The translations under genes were made by a program, and so were the position numbers. A stretch of 64,000 nt of DNA from a virus, in IMG/VR virus record IMGVR_UViG_3300045988_120893, positions 1 to 64,000 of that record; one strand, given 5' to 3'. Of the stretch, positions 7,907 to 15,195 are shown one piece after another (within the stretch, counting starts at the first letter, position 1; every line of letters begins with the position of its first letter). Below the pieces are notes generated by a model that was not told the DNA's origin, did not search any database, and worked only from the letters and a program-made list of their open reading frames with translations.

Positions 7907-10006
7907 TTACTTGTGAGGTTTTGTTTCGTTGTTTTCATTTGAGGTTTTTTCGAGGACTTCTTTTATTCCCTCTATGACATAAAGGAAGCATGGTAGGGCA
8001 ATTCCGTTCCCCCAGAGCTTATAAGCTGCGCCATCGGAATACGGATTTTGCAGCCATTTTATGATCTGTTTGTCCGTCTTTGGTTTCTTTGCTCCTGTTA
8101 CTATCTTTCTATGTGTTTCAAAAACTTCTCGCCAAAAGGCTATATCATGACCTGTCGGTTCTTCTGTTTCCAGACCATCAAGCCACCAGTCCGGGAAGCC
8201 TTGCAATCTTGCACATTCAATCGGTGTCAGCCGTCTTACTATGTAGGATGGTTCAACAATCAGATCAGTAGCATCTTTGTAATCTCTGCTTTTTAGGCAG
8301 CTTGCTTTTCCTGATTCATCATATTTACCGAACGCTTTCATTTCAAATCCACATTGCTGTGCTACCGGATTGATATAATTCAATGATTGACCGCCGTTTG
8401 ACTTTGCTTGTAATGTACCGCTCTTTTCTTCTATTGGAACATTATTTCTGCAATCGTAGGCTACTGCGTGTTGCTCTGTCGCATTCAGCGTGTACATAGT
8501 TTCTGATTCCTTATATCCATCTCCACGGTGTGATGGTCGAGAGCCGTTACCTTCCACAACGCATATACCGCCTTGATTGCAAGCAGGATTACCACCATTG
8601 AGGTCTAATGTTCTTGCCGTGTCAGCTTCGTATATTCCGCTATGTGGATTATCGGATTTCATTGAATTTGAGCCATAAGAGCATATTCCATAAACTTTCT
8701 TTTGTGGCTCAAATAGCGTCTGTGGAACACCACAGCTCAATGTTGCTGATTTGTTTATCTGAAGCAATGCACCTTTACCGCCGCCCTCACATCCACTGCG
8801 TATCTGCATAGTGACTGGTGGATTGTCATTTTGAGGTTCAAATATACATTGTGTTCCTTTGTAATCTGTCCCAGTTAGAGTATTTGCAATCTCTTTTCCT
8901 ACTGTGCAAGCATATTGTCTTTCATTCATACAATATGTTTCTTTCGGCAGACAATACAACCCTGTCTTTGCTCCTGATCCACCGCCTAATCCTTGTAATG
9001 TTACCGACTTTGTTGCGTTCATCTGTATTCTGTCAGCAACTCTTCCAAAATCAACGGCATATTGTTCTTCTTTCGCCACGCAAAACTGGTTATCGCCCAT
9101 GTTCGCTCTTAATGATCCAGTTTGGTTATCGTATGTATGTCCACCGGTTCGTGTTGCTGCCCCAGGTTCAAAACCTATGCAATGTTCGCTTGATGCATCA
9201 GTGCCTTTCGCAATATCTCCGGAAGTTGCTTGCCACGATTTTCGGCTCTCCGTAAAATTCCTTGACAAGCCTTTGCGCTTAAATAGTATTTCTCCGGCAC
9301 ATTGTCCTGCAAAATCTGCGACAAGAGCGATTCGTCTACGTCTTTGGGGGACTCCCCAAAATTGAGCATCGAGAACTCTCCAGGCAATGGACCACCCATC
9401 ACCCACGATGCATCCCTCTGTATTCCATTTTCCTTTCGGAGGTCTAGGAATAGTGGCGGTCTTGTCAACGACTTTCGCTGTTTCTTCAAGTACGGCTCGA
9501 AAATCTTCTCCTTTGTTGCTGCTGAATGCTCCTGTGACGTTCTCCCAGAGCATGAATCTAGGTCGAATATGCTCATCTGTCCTTCCACTTCGTAATCTTG
9601 CCAATTCATCAGCTTGTCTCATCTCCTTTACTATTCTGATCTGCTCCATGAATAAACCGGAGCGTGTGTATTGCATTTCAGAACCACACTCCGGGCAAGT
9701 GTCCGTATCTTCATTGGCTACCGATTTGTAACCACATTTTGGACACTCTTTGCTCATTCCTTTTCGTTTTCCTGCAACGGACATATCTTGACATGGGCTT
9801 CCGCCTGTTATGAGGTCTACCGGCTCAAGGTCAGAGCCGGATATTGAGGATATATCTCCGTAATGTTTCATGTGGGGAAATCGTTTCGTGGTAACTCTTA
9901 TTGGAAACGGTTCGATTTCAGAAGCCCATATCGGCTCCATTCCGCAAAGTGTGGCGGCTAATTCAAAGCCACCTGATCCTGAAAATAAACTTCCTATTCG
10001 AAACAA
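7907..10006 (-). CDS. DNA (cytosine-5)-methyltransferase with very long, modular target-recognition region
   Basis: Motif I FSGSGGFELA, IV GGSPCQDMS, VI LWENVTGA, VIII QRRRRIALVADF, IX RRLTPIECARLQGFP, X GNGIALP. About 360 aa lie between VIII and IX, with repeated (S/T)L-type modules. Confidence 0.95.
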   Translation of the reverse strand: MFRIGSLFSGSGGFELAATLCGMEPIWASEIEPFPIRVTTKRFPHMKHYGDISSISGSDLEPVDLITGGSPCQDMSVAGKRKGMSKECPKCGYKSVANEDTDTCPECGSEMQYTRSGLFMEQIRIVKEMRQADELARLRSGRTDEHIRPRFMLWENVTGAFSSNKGEDFRAVLEETAKVVDKTATIPRPPKGKWNTEGCIVGDGWSIAWRVLDAQFWGVPQRRRRIALVADFAGQCAGEILFKRKGLSRNFTESRKSWQATSGDIAKGTDASSEHCIGFEPGAATRTGGHTYDNQTGSLRANMGDNQFCVAKEEQYAVDFGRVADRIQMNATKSVTLQGLGGGSGAKTGLYCLPKETYCMNERQYACTVGKEIANTLTGTDYKGTQCIFEPQNDNPPVTMQIRSGCEGGGKGALLQINKSATLSCGVPQTLFEPQKKVYGICSYGSNSMKSDNPHSGIYEADTARTLDLNGGNPACNQGGICVVEGNGSRPSHRGDGYKESETMYTLNATEQHAVAYDCRNNVPIEEKSGTLQAKSNGGQSLNYINPVAQQCGFEMKAFGKYDESGKASCLKSRDYKDATDLIVEPSYIVRRLTPIECARLQGFPDWWLDGLETEEPTGHDIAFWREVFETHRKIVTGAKKPKTDKQIIKWLQNPYSDGAAYKLWGNGIALPCFLYVIEGIKEVLEKTSNENNETKPHK

Positions 10007-10542
10007 AATACCAACCCTCCTGCTTTTTTTCTATTACCATTAGCACATTCAGATGCCTTTGAGTAATTCGTATTATTTTGCCTAGCCGCTTCCAATAATG
10101 TTTCATACTTTCCTATGAGTACACCATCTTTATATACGGCTGTTTTTTTTCTTCCAAAATTCCGTTTTGCTCCCATGCTCCTATAATCTGTTTTTTCGTG
10201 AACCTTTTTTGCACGTTCTTTTGTAACTTCATTTTCTTGCTGCTCTTTATAAGTTGCCCATTCAAGATTTTCAACCCTGTTATCATCTCGTATTCCGTTT
10301 TTATGATTTACAGTAGGCTTGTTGTACGGATTCGGAATAAATGCTTGTGCAACAAGCCTATGTGCTTTTAGTGTTTTTCTTACTCCATCAATACTTATCA
10401 CATAATATAGATATCCGTATTTATCTGTCGATGGACGCAAAAACTTATTTCTTCTATTGCTATATAAACGTCCGTCATTTGTAATTGAATACAACCCGTC
10501 AAAGAGCGAACCCATCTTAAACTGTTTTCGTGTTTCTTCCAT
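9994..10542 (-). CDS. HNH homing endonuclease (NUMOD4-like N-terminus + HNH)
   Basis: YSITNDGRLYS..., VNHKNGIRDDNRVENLEWATYKEQQ. AT-rich. Overlaps the methyltransferase start by 13 nt. Confidence 0.85.
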   Translation of the reverse strand: MEETRKQFKMGSLFDGLYSITNDGRLYSNRRNKFLRPSTDKYGYLYYVISIDGVRKTLKAHRLVAQAFIPNPYNKPTVNHKNGIRDDNRVENLEWATYKEQQENEVTKERAKKVHEKTDYRSMGAKRNFGRKKTAVYKDGVLIGKYETLLEAARQNNTNYSKASECANGNRKKAGGLVFCFE

Positions 10543-10793
10543 TGACTTCTACCTTTCTATGATTTCAAAGTAATCTTCTTTTGTTCCGATCCAGCTCTCA
10601 TTGATGAACATGGACCGGTTATCTTTTTCTGACATGAAGTATGCACCGTGAACCGGATAAACATCTCCATCTTTTTTAATATCCCTTAGCGACTTTAGCA
10701 CTTATCCACAGCAAAATAATCACTGTCATTGAAGTAGGATTGAGGGTTTAGTTACTTTTCGTTTGATTCTTGTTGGTTAATCACCATTCCTTT

Positions 10794-11051
10794 CTAGTAG
10801 TATTCAGTCGGCAGAAGTACTGTTATGAAGTCCTGCCCGGAGAACAGATCATAGTTTATGATCCATATGGTTCCGAACGGAAGCTCATAGGCTCCGAACT
10901 CAACTATAAGGTCATTGTCTGGCTTCCCATCATCCGAATCATAGTCACTGTTCCGGAACCTATCCAGAGCATCCTTGATATCTTCCGAATATCTCAGAAG
11001 GTATCTTTTTGCTCCTGCCGTGAAGTAAACAGTATTGCAACTACTTTTCAC
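10794..11051 (-). CDS. Small protein of the ...TVL(L/F)P(T/D)EY family (paralog of 44934..45221)
   Basis: Start set to GTG 11049-11051 (GGAAAGGG SD), which gives MKSSCNTVYFTAGAKRY..., colinear with MSKVNIGEVFVTSGINEKMY... of the paralog. Shared ...IWI...TVLLPTEYY C-terminus. Confidence 0.6.
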   Translation of the reverse strand: MKSSCNTVYFTAGAKRYLLRYSEDIKDALDRFRNSDYDSDDGKPDNDLIVEFGAYELPFGTIWIINYDLFSGQDFITVLLPTEYY

Positions 11052-11072
11052 TGTGAACACCCTTTCCAGTAT

Positions 11073-11129
11073 ATTTCTGTATTCTATTGTGTTCAAACAC
11101 AGAATACAGAATATTTTCTTTTTTGTCAA
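11073..11129 (-). promoter_or_regulatory. Promoter P2 with ACAGAA boxes forming an imperfect 40-bp palindrome
   Basis: Minus strand: TTGACA (11129-11124), 17 nt, TATTCT (11106-11101), GAACACAATAGAATACAGAAAT (11094-11073). There is a mirrored plus-strand box AAACACAGAATACAGAATAT at 11095-11114. Confidence 0.45.
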
Positions 11130-11197
11130 TAACTAATATTCAGATAGTTTGTTTTTAGTCCATGTTAGTTCAAGTTGTAGTCTAGGTTTCCACTTCC

Positions 11198-11403
11198 CCA
11201 TTTTTCCATATATTAGGTGTCCCATCTTGTTTCCGCTTAAATTAAGGGTACGTAGTACCTGGTATGTAATACCGGAGTATTTGGACTTCATAGGAAGATA
11301 GATTTCAGATCTGTCCCACATCCATTTTCCATTTCTTAGGTGTCCCACCATGTTTCCACTTAAATTAATGGTACGTAGTACCTGCATAGGAATATGCGGT
11401 ACC
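11198..11403. repeat. Two ~63-bp direct repeats (period 123 bp) carrying GGTAC-GTA-GTACC dyads
   Basis: 11198-11260 and 11322-11383 are about 85% identical. GGTACGTAGTACC occurs at 11247-11259 and 11370-11382, with further dyads GGTATGTAATACC (11261-11273), GCATAGGAATATGC (11384-11397) and GGTACC (11398-11403). They lie between divergent promoters P2 and P3. Confidence 0.75.
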
Positions 11404-11466
11404 TGGAAAGATGAAATTCATTGATTGTATAGAATAAAAAAACTTACAAAAATTTACAATTTTATA

Positions 11467-11523
11467 TTGACATTACTCTTTGTGTGTGGTAATATATATA
11501 CAACAACAGAACAACACAGAAAT
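11467..11523 (+). promoter_or_regulatory. Promoter P3 with tandem ACAGAA box
   Basis: TTGACA (11467-11472), 17 nt, TAATAT (11490-11495), then CAACAACAGAACAACACAGAAAT (11501-11523). Confidence 0.55.
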
Positions 11524-11526
11524 CAA

Positions 11527-11557
11527 AACCCGCCCCGGAGGTAACGAGGGCAGAAAG
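11527..11557 (+). promoter_or_regulatory. Conserved leader hairpin, copy 1 (partner at 44726..44756)
   Basis: AACCCGCCCCGGAGGTAACGAGGGCAGAAAG, 30/31 identical to copy 2. GCCCCG/CGAGGGC stem with a GGAGG-containing loop, just upstream of a start codon. Confidence 0.35.
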
Positions 11558-11567
11558 AGAGGAAATT

Positions 11568-11810
11568 ATGATTATTAAATATGATTGTTTTGAAGAAACA
11601 ATGTTCGCTGGTTCAGCCAGCGAAATAAAGGCCCTTTACAACAGCATGTATAGAGCTTGGGAAAAATGCAGTACAAATTTAATGCCTATATTTTCGGATA
11701 AGGCAAAATTTAATATGAAGAAAAGACTCTACGGAGTCATTGTGAATTACACAGAAAAGACCTTCTGTGTAATCAACGGAGAATCTGTACTCCGTTATAT
11801 AGAAGAATAA
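11568..11810 (+). CDS. Hypothetical protein (80 aa)
   Basis: ATG preceded by an AGAGAGGAAATT SD. First gene after P3. Confidence 0.65.
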   Translation: MIIKYDCFEETMFAGSASEIKALYNSMYRAWEKCSTNLMPIFSDKAKFNMKKRLYGVIVNYTEKTFCVINGESVLRYIEE

Positions 11811-11821
11811 TAGTATCTCGA

Positions 11822-11893
11822 CCCCAGGTTGCCATGGGGTATAGTCTGGCAACAGCGACCGCCGACGGCTGAAAATTAGCGTGGTGCAATTCC
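11822..11893 (+). promoter_or_regulatory. Conserved structured 5' leader, copy B (partner at 3152..3223)
   Basis: Reverse-complement match to 3152..3223. Sense to the downstream 313-aa gene, whose ATG is 70 nt downstream. Confidence 0.5.
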
Positions 11894-11962
11894 GATAAGT
11901 AATAAAAGAAATGAAAACAGCTGGCCTATCGGCTATACGGGGAGAAAGAATGAGGTAGAAAT

Positions 11963-12904
11963 ATGAAATATGAAGAATTTAAAACAAAGGTAGAAGAAAA
12001 ATTCATGGAGTATATTCCAGACAGATATCAGCATCTGAAACTGGAAATTATACCAGTAAACAAAATAAATAAAGAAATAGACGGAATCCGTCTTGTAGGT
12101 AAGGGAGTGACGGTTGTACCTATTATTTATGTCAACCAGATCTACGAATACTACAAAAGATGTGGTTCGTTTGATATGTCTGTAGAATATGCAGCTAAAA
12201 TAATGGCAGAGCATATGGATGAGAAATTTCCTAAGCTGGCTGAACTGTCATTTGAAAAGGAATATGCGAAAGATAAAATAGTATTCCAGCTGATAAATAC
12301 AGAGCAGAACCGGAAGATGCTGGATGACATTCCACACAGACAGTTCCTTGACCTCTCTGTTATATACAGGTTAGTTGTATCTGTAGACGACGGAAAAATA
12401 GGAAGTACCGTCATAAATAACGATTCAGTAAAATTGTTAAATATGACGGAAGAGGAACTGTTCAATAATGCGGCAAGGAATACAATAGAGATGTTTCCTG
12501 CAGATGTAAAGACTTTAGAAGAGGTTCTTAAAGATATTGCAATAAAAGATGGTATGCCGGAAGAAATTGCAGGAAATATGTTTTCAGATAGTTTACCATT
12601 CTATCTCATATCAAATGATATAGGAATAAATGGTGCGTCTGTAATGCTATATGAGAGAGTACTTTTTGACATTGCGTCAAGATTAAAAGAAAGTACATTA
12701 TACATACTTCCTTCCAGCATACATGAAGTTATTGCTGTTTCTGCATCAATCGACATGGAACTGGATGAAATAGCATCCATGGTAGCAGAGGTAAACAGTG
12801 ATGCTGTTTTGTTGGAAGAAAGGCTCTCTAATAATATATACATTTACGATAAGGAAAAGAGAAAAATTTCTCTTGCGACAGACACAAATAAGAAATTAGA
12901 CTAG
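11963..12904 (+). CDS. Hypothetical protein (313 aa), of a type common in Firmicute ICE/phage accessory regions
   Basis: Long ORF with an SD (GGGGAGAAAGAATGAGG). Contains a YILPSSIHEVIAV motif. I recall a DUF5688-like family but cannot verify this. Confidence 0.75.
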   Translation: MKYEEFKTKVEEKFMEYIPDRYQHLKLEIIPVNKINKEIDGIRLVGKGVTVVPIIYVNQIYEYYKRCGSFDMSVEYAAKIMAEHMDEKFPKLAELSFEKEYAKDKIVFQLINTEQNRKMLDDIPHRQFLDLSVIYRLVVSVDDGKIGSTVINNDSVKLLNMTEEELFNNAARNTIEMFPADVKTLEEVLKDIAIKDGMPEEIAGNMFSDSLPFYLISNDIGINGASVMLYERVLFDIASRLKESTLYILPSSIHEVIAVSASIDMELDEIASMVAEVNSDAVLLEERLSNNIYIYDKEKRKISLATDTNKKLD

Positions 12905-12998
12905 TTCATACTAGTTCAGTATATCATAAGGTGGCATCTTCATGGATGTGGGGATTCCATCTTATGTATTATTATGTATAAAGACAGGAGATGTTATT

Positions 12999-13412
12999 AT
13001 GAATAATTTAAGAAATATAAGAAGAAAAAAGGGATTATCCCTTGCGGAAATAGCAAAACAGACGGAAATTCCGTTAAGAACACTGGAAATGTGGGACAGC
13101 AACAAGCGGATCCCACAGTCTTACCACCGGATTAAGGAACTGGCCGTACTGCTGGAATGTACCATGGACGATATTATGACTTATAAGGAAGATTGCGTTT
13201 ATGAAGGAAAAGAAGTACATGTGGACCTTTCGACAGCAGAAAGAGACACGTTTTTTGTTGTATATGATGATGCTTATAACGATATTATTTCTGAATATAT
13301 CACAAGGGACAGTGCCATGGATCTTCTGGAACAGATGAAAAAGGATAAGGATATAACGGACTTCGTCAATAACCGCATCCAGTTCTACCAGGGACAGGGG
13401 GATGGTGTATGA
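12999..13412 (+). CDS. XRE-family helix-turn-helix regulator (137 aa)
   Basis: Start at Met20 of the track ORF (AGGAG SD). MNNLRNIRRKKGLSLAEIAKQTEIPLRTLEMWDSNKRIP is a classic HTH_3 pattern. Confidence 0.8.
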   Translation: MNNLRNIRRKKGLSLAEIAKQTEIPLRTLEMWDSNKRIPQSYHRIKELAVLLECTMDDIMTYKEDCVYEGKEVHVDLSTAERDTFFVVYDDAYNDIISEYITRDSAMDLLEQMKKDKDITDFVNNRIQFYQGQGDGV

Positions 13413-13840
13413 CGGTTAAGGAGTTAGTTGAGCTTGATAATTTCATTGGAGATATCACCATAACGACCAGGGATACCGGAAAAGACGGAAAAAACCTGTT
13501 CAGAGTGAACACATTCCATATTGGGCATAGTGAGGGAATCGTTCCACATTATCATGACGATAAGGACGTATATAAGAGCGTAAATATCAATACATTCGAT
13601 TCTGGTAAAGATTACTACAAGATAGTAACAGGGAAAATACCGAAGGAATGGCTGAATCTACAGGTTCAGTCTTTTCGTGTATGGAGATCACACCGGAGTT
13701 CAGAAGATTATCACTATAGCCATCATTCACTGGAACACATTCTGATAGATTGCTATTGTGATGGATACGTGCATCAGGAAAAGGAAAAGAATGTTGACGA
13801 ACAGTTACCAGGGCAGATGAACATTGAGGATTTTTTATAG
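13409..13840 (+). CDS. Hypothetical protein (143 aa)
   Basis: ATGA stop/start overlap with the XRE gene. His-rich. No motif recognised. Confidence 0.65.
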   Translation: MTVKELVELDNFIGDITITTRDTGKDGKNLFRVNTFHIGHSEGIVPHYHDDKDVYKSVNINTFDSGKDYYKIVTGKIPKEWLNLQVQSFRVWRSHRSSEDYHYSHHSLEHILIDCYCDGYVHQEKEKNVDEQLPGQMNIEDFL

Positions 13841-13855
13841 AAAGGTGAAAAAAGT

Positions 13856-14155
13856 ATGGATAGAGAGGAAATTATGAGAAAATTGGAAGAGGTTAAATTA
13901 AACAATGGAAACATCATTACAATGAAATGTAAGGAAACGGATGGAATTAAATTATATTTCTATCCAGGTCTTGGCTGGGTAAGCCGTGAGAGACTTTCCC
14001 AGCCGGACGTAACCGTTGCTGAGGAAGTTAAGGACTTCCTCCACAATAAGGATAACATCTGCAACTGTGCAGAGTGTCCTTACAACGGTTCTGCCGACGG
14101 CGGCAAGTACCCTTGCGGCCAGCAGACCTGTTGGGTGGAAGTCCACTGCTGCTAA
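13856..14155 (+). CDS. Hypothetical Cys-rich protein (99 aa)
   Basis: ORF with an AAAGGTGAAAAAAG SD. C-terminal CNCAECPYN...CGQQTCWVEVHCC. Confidence 0.65.
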   Translation: MDREEIMRKLEEVKLNNGNIITMKCKETDGIKLYFYPGLGWVSRERLSQPDVTVAEEVKDFLHNKDNICNCAECPYNGSADGGKYPCGQQTCWVEVHCC

Positions 14156-14165
14156 TCTAGCATAT

Positions 14166-14206
14166 AAAAAATCCCCTGAGTATTTACACCCAGGGGATTT
14201 TTTTAT
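14166..14206. terminator. Bidirectional rho-independent terminator
   Basis: AAAAAATCCCCTG-loop-CAGGGGATTTTTTT between convergent genes. Confidence 0.8.
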
Positions 14207-14233
14207 TTCAGGTGGAAAATCCACATGACCGCC

Positions 14234-14998
14234 TTATTTAATCAGCTTTTTCATTTGAGCGTATGATTTTGGGCCATAGATGCCGTCCACTTCCAGCTTG
14301 TATTTCTTCTGGAATTTTCTTAGTGATTCTCCGGTTCTCCGACCGAACTCACCATCAGTAACAAGTTTCTTTCCTTCTGAATCTTTGAATTTTAATTTAT
14401 TGAGGTTTTTTTGCAGTTTTTTGGTCTCTGCTCCTTCACTTCCGAATCTAAGTGTAGGATTCGCAACCGGAGATTTCTTTGCTGGAGTGGTAGGTCGTGG
14501 GTTTCCGCTGACTACGGCAACAGTGTGTCCTTTCGTTTTCGTGACAAGAATGTCACCATTGAACAATTCCGTTGAGCTTGTGACAGCAAATGCAGGCTCG
14601 AATTTCCCTGTCCTTCCAAGGACATATGCTTCATTCGCCGTGCTGAAGTCTCCTGGATCAGTTCCGAACGCTTCTATGCAGCAGGCTCTGATGGTAGAAC
14701 TGCAGTCTGCTTCTGTCGGTACACTGATCTTCTTGATTGCACCACATTCTTTGACTTTGTTGACGATTCCATAACGTCCGTTCTGGTCGTATCCAATGTT
14801 GTTATTGTCACATGCATCATTCATGGCGGATGCTATCTTATTTGCGTCCTGCACTGATTTTGGACGAATACAAATCCATCCTTTGCTGTGCATGTAATAC
14901 GGCTGTTTGCTGACTTCAATACCGGTCTGGTCGCCTGCTGCTCCGCCGGTTATTCGTCCGTTTTCATCAATCCTCGCTGATCCTACTATAAGTCCCAT
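14234..14998 (-). CDS. Endolysin: N-terminal cell-wall hydrolase domain + C-terminal PG_binding_1-like domain
   Basis: The C-terminal TLRFGSEG..TKKLQKNLNKL...DGEFGRRTGESLRKFQKKYKLEVDGIYGPKSY is a peptidoglycan-binding repeat. Located immediately after the holin. Start set to ATG 14998. Confidence 0.8.
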   Translation of the reverse strand: MGLIVGSARIDENGRITGGAAGDQTGIEVSKQPYYMHSKGWICIRPKSVQDANKIASAMNDACDNNNIGYDQNGRYGIVNKVKECGAIKKISVPTEADCSSTIRACCIEAFGTDPGDFSTANEAYVLGRTGKFEPAFAVTSSTELFNGDILVTKTKGHTVAVVSGNPRPTTPAKKSPVANPTLRFGSEGAETKKLQKNLNKLKFKDSEGKKLVTDGEFGRRTGESLRKFQKKYKLEVDGIYGPKSYAQMKKLIK

Positions 14999-15000
14999 AA

Positions 15001-15195
15001 TCAATCATCCTTTCGTATAATGTTTTTGAACACCTGGTGTAACCCGGTGCTCGCAAGACCGCTGAACAGCCCGCCAAGGAGAACCTCCGGTGTAAATTCT
15101 CTGTTAATCCATGTGTTAAGAACTACACCAAGGACGGCCATGATTAGCGGAATGAACGCATTAATCTTATCTGTTGTGACTACGTTCTTCATCAC
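15001..15195 (-). CDS. Holin (minimum extent; the N-terminus may extend to about 15260)
   Basis: Hydrophobic segments AFIPLIMAVLGVVLNTWI and LLGGLFSGLASTGL, a charged C-terminus, and position next to the endolysin. Confidence 0.7.
   Translation of the reverse strand: MMKNVVTTDKINAFIPLIMAVLGVVLNTWINREFTPEVLLGGLFSGLASTGLHQVFKNIIRKDD

Noticed and set aside
8048-9731. Several plus-strand ORFs antisense to the methyltransferase gene (for example 8818..9255 and 8904..9365)
   Set aside because: They overlap one another in different frames, their translations are low-complexity, and they have no SD. They are typical antisense shadows.
10560-10715. Possible ~50-codon minus-strand ORF (VLKSLRDIKKDGDVYPVHGAYFMSEKDNRSMFINESWIGTKEDYFEIIER) upstream of the HNH gene
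   Set aside because: It is in frame only from a GTG that immediately follows a stop, and it has no clear SD. It may be a gene remnant. Support is too weak to call.
11133-11387. 84-aa minus-strand ORF with an internal duplication (QVLRT(I/L)NLSGN..GHL..GK)
   Set aside because: There is no SD before its ATG. Of about 7 differences between the two repeat copies, only 1 is synonymous. It coincides exactly with the dyad-bearing DNA repeats in a divergent promoter region, so I treat it as a regulatory repeat rather than a gene.
11198-11403. CRISPR-like mini-array (the reverse strand of each repeat ends ...GTGGAAAC)
   Set aside because: There are only two copies, spaced 123 bp apart. The homology extends about 63 bp. 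There is no third spacer-repeat unit and no cas genes in the window.
3152-11893. Inverted repeats as the terminal repeats of a composite transposon or IS
   Set aside because: There is no transposase. Each repeat sits in sense orientation in a 5' UTR directly after a promoter. No target-site duplication was seen. I kept only the low-interest inversion hypothesis.
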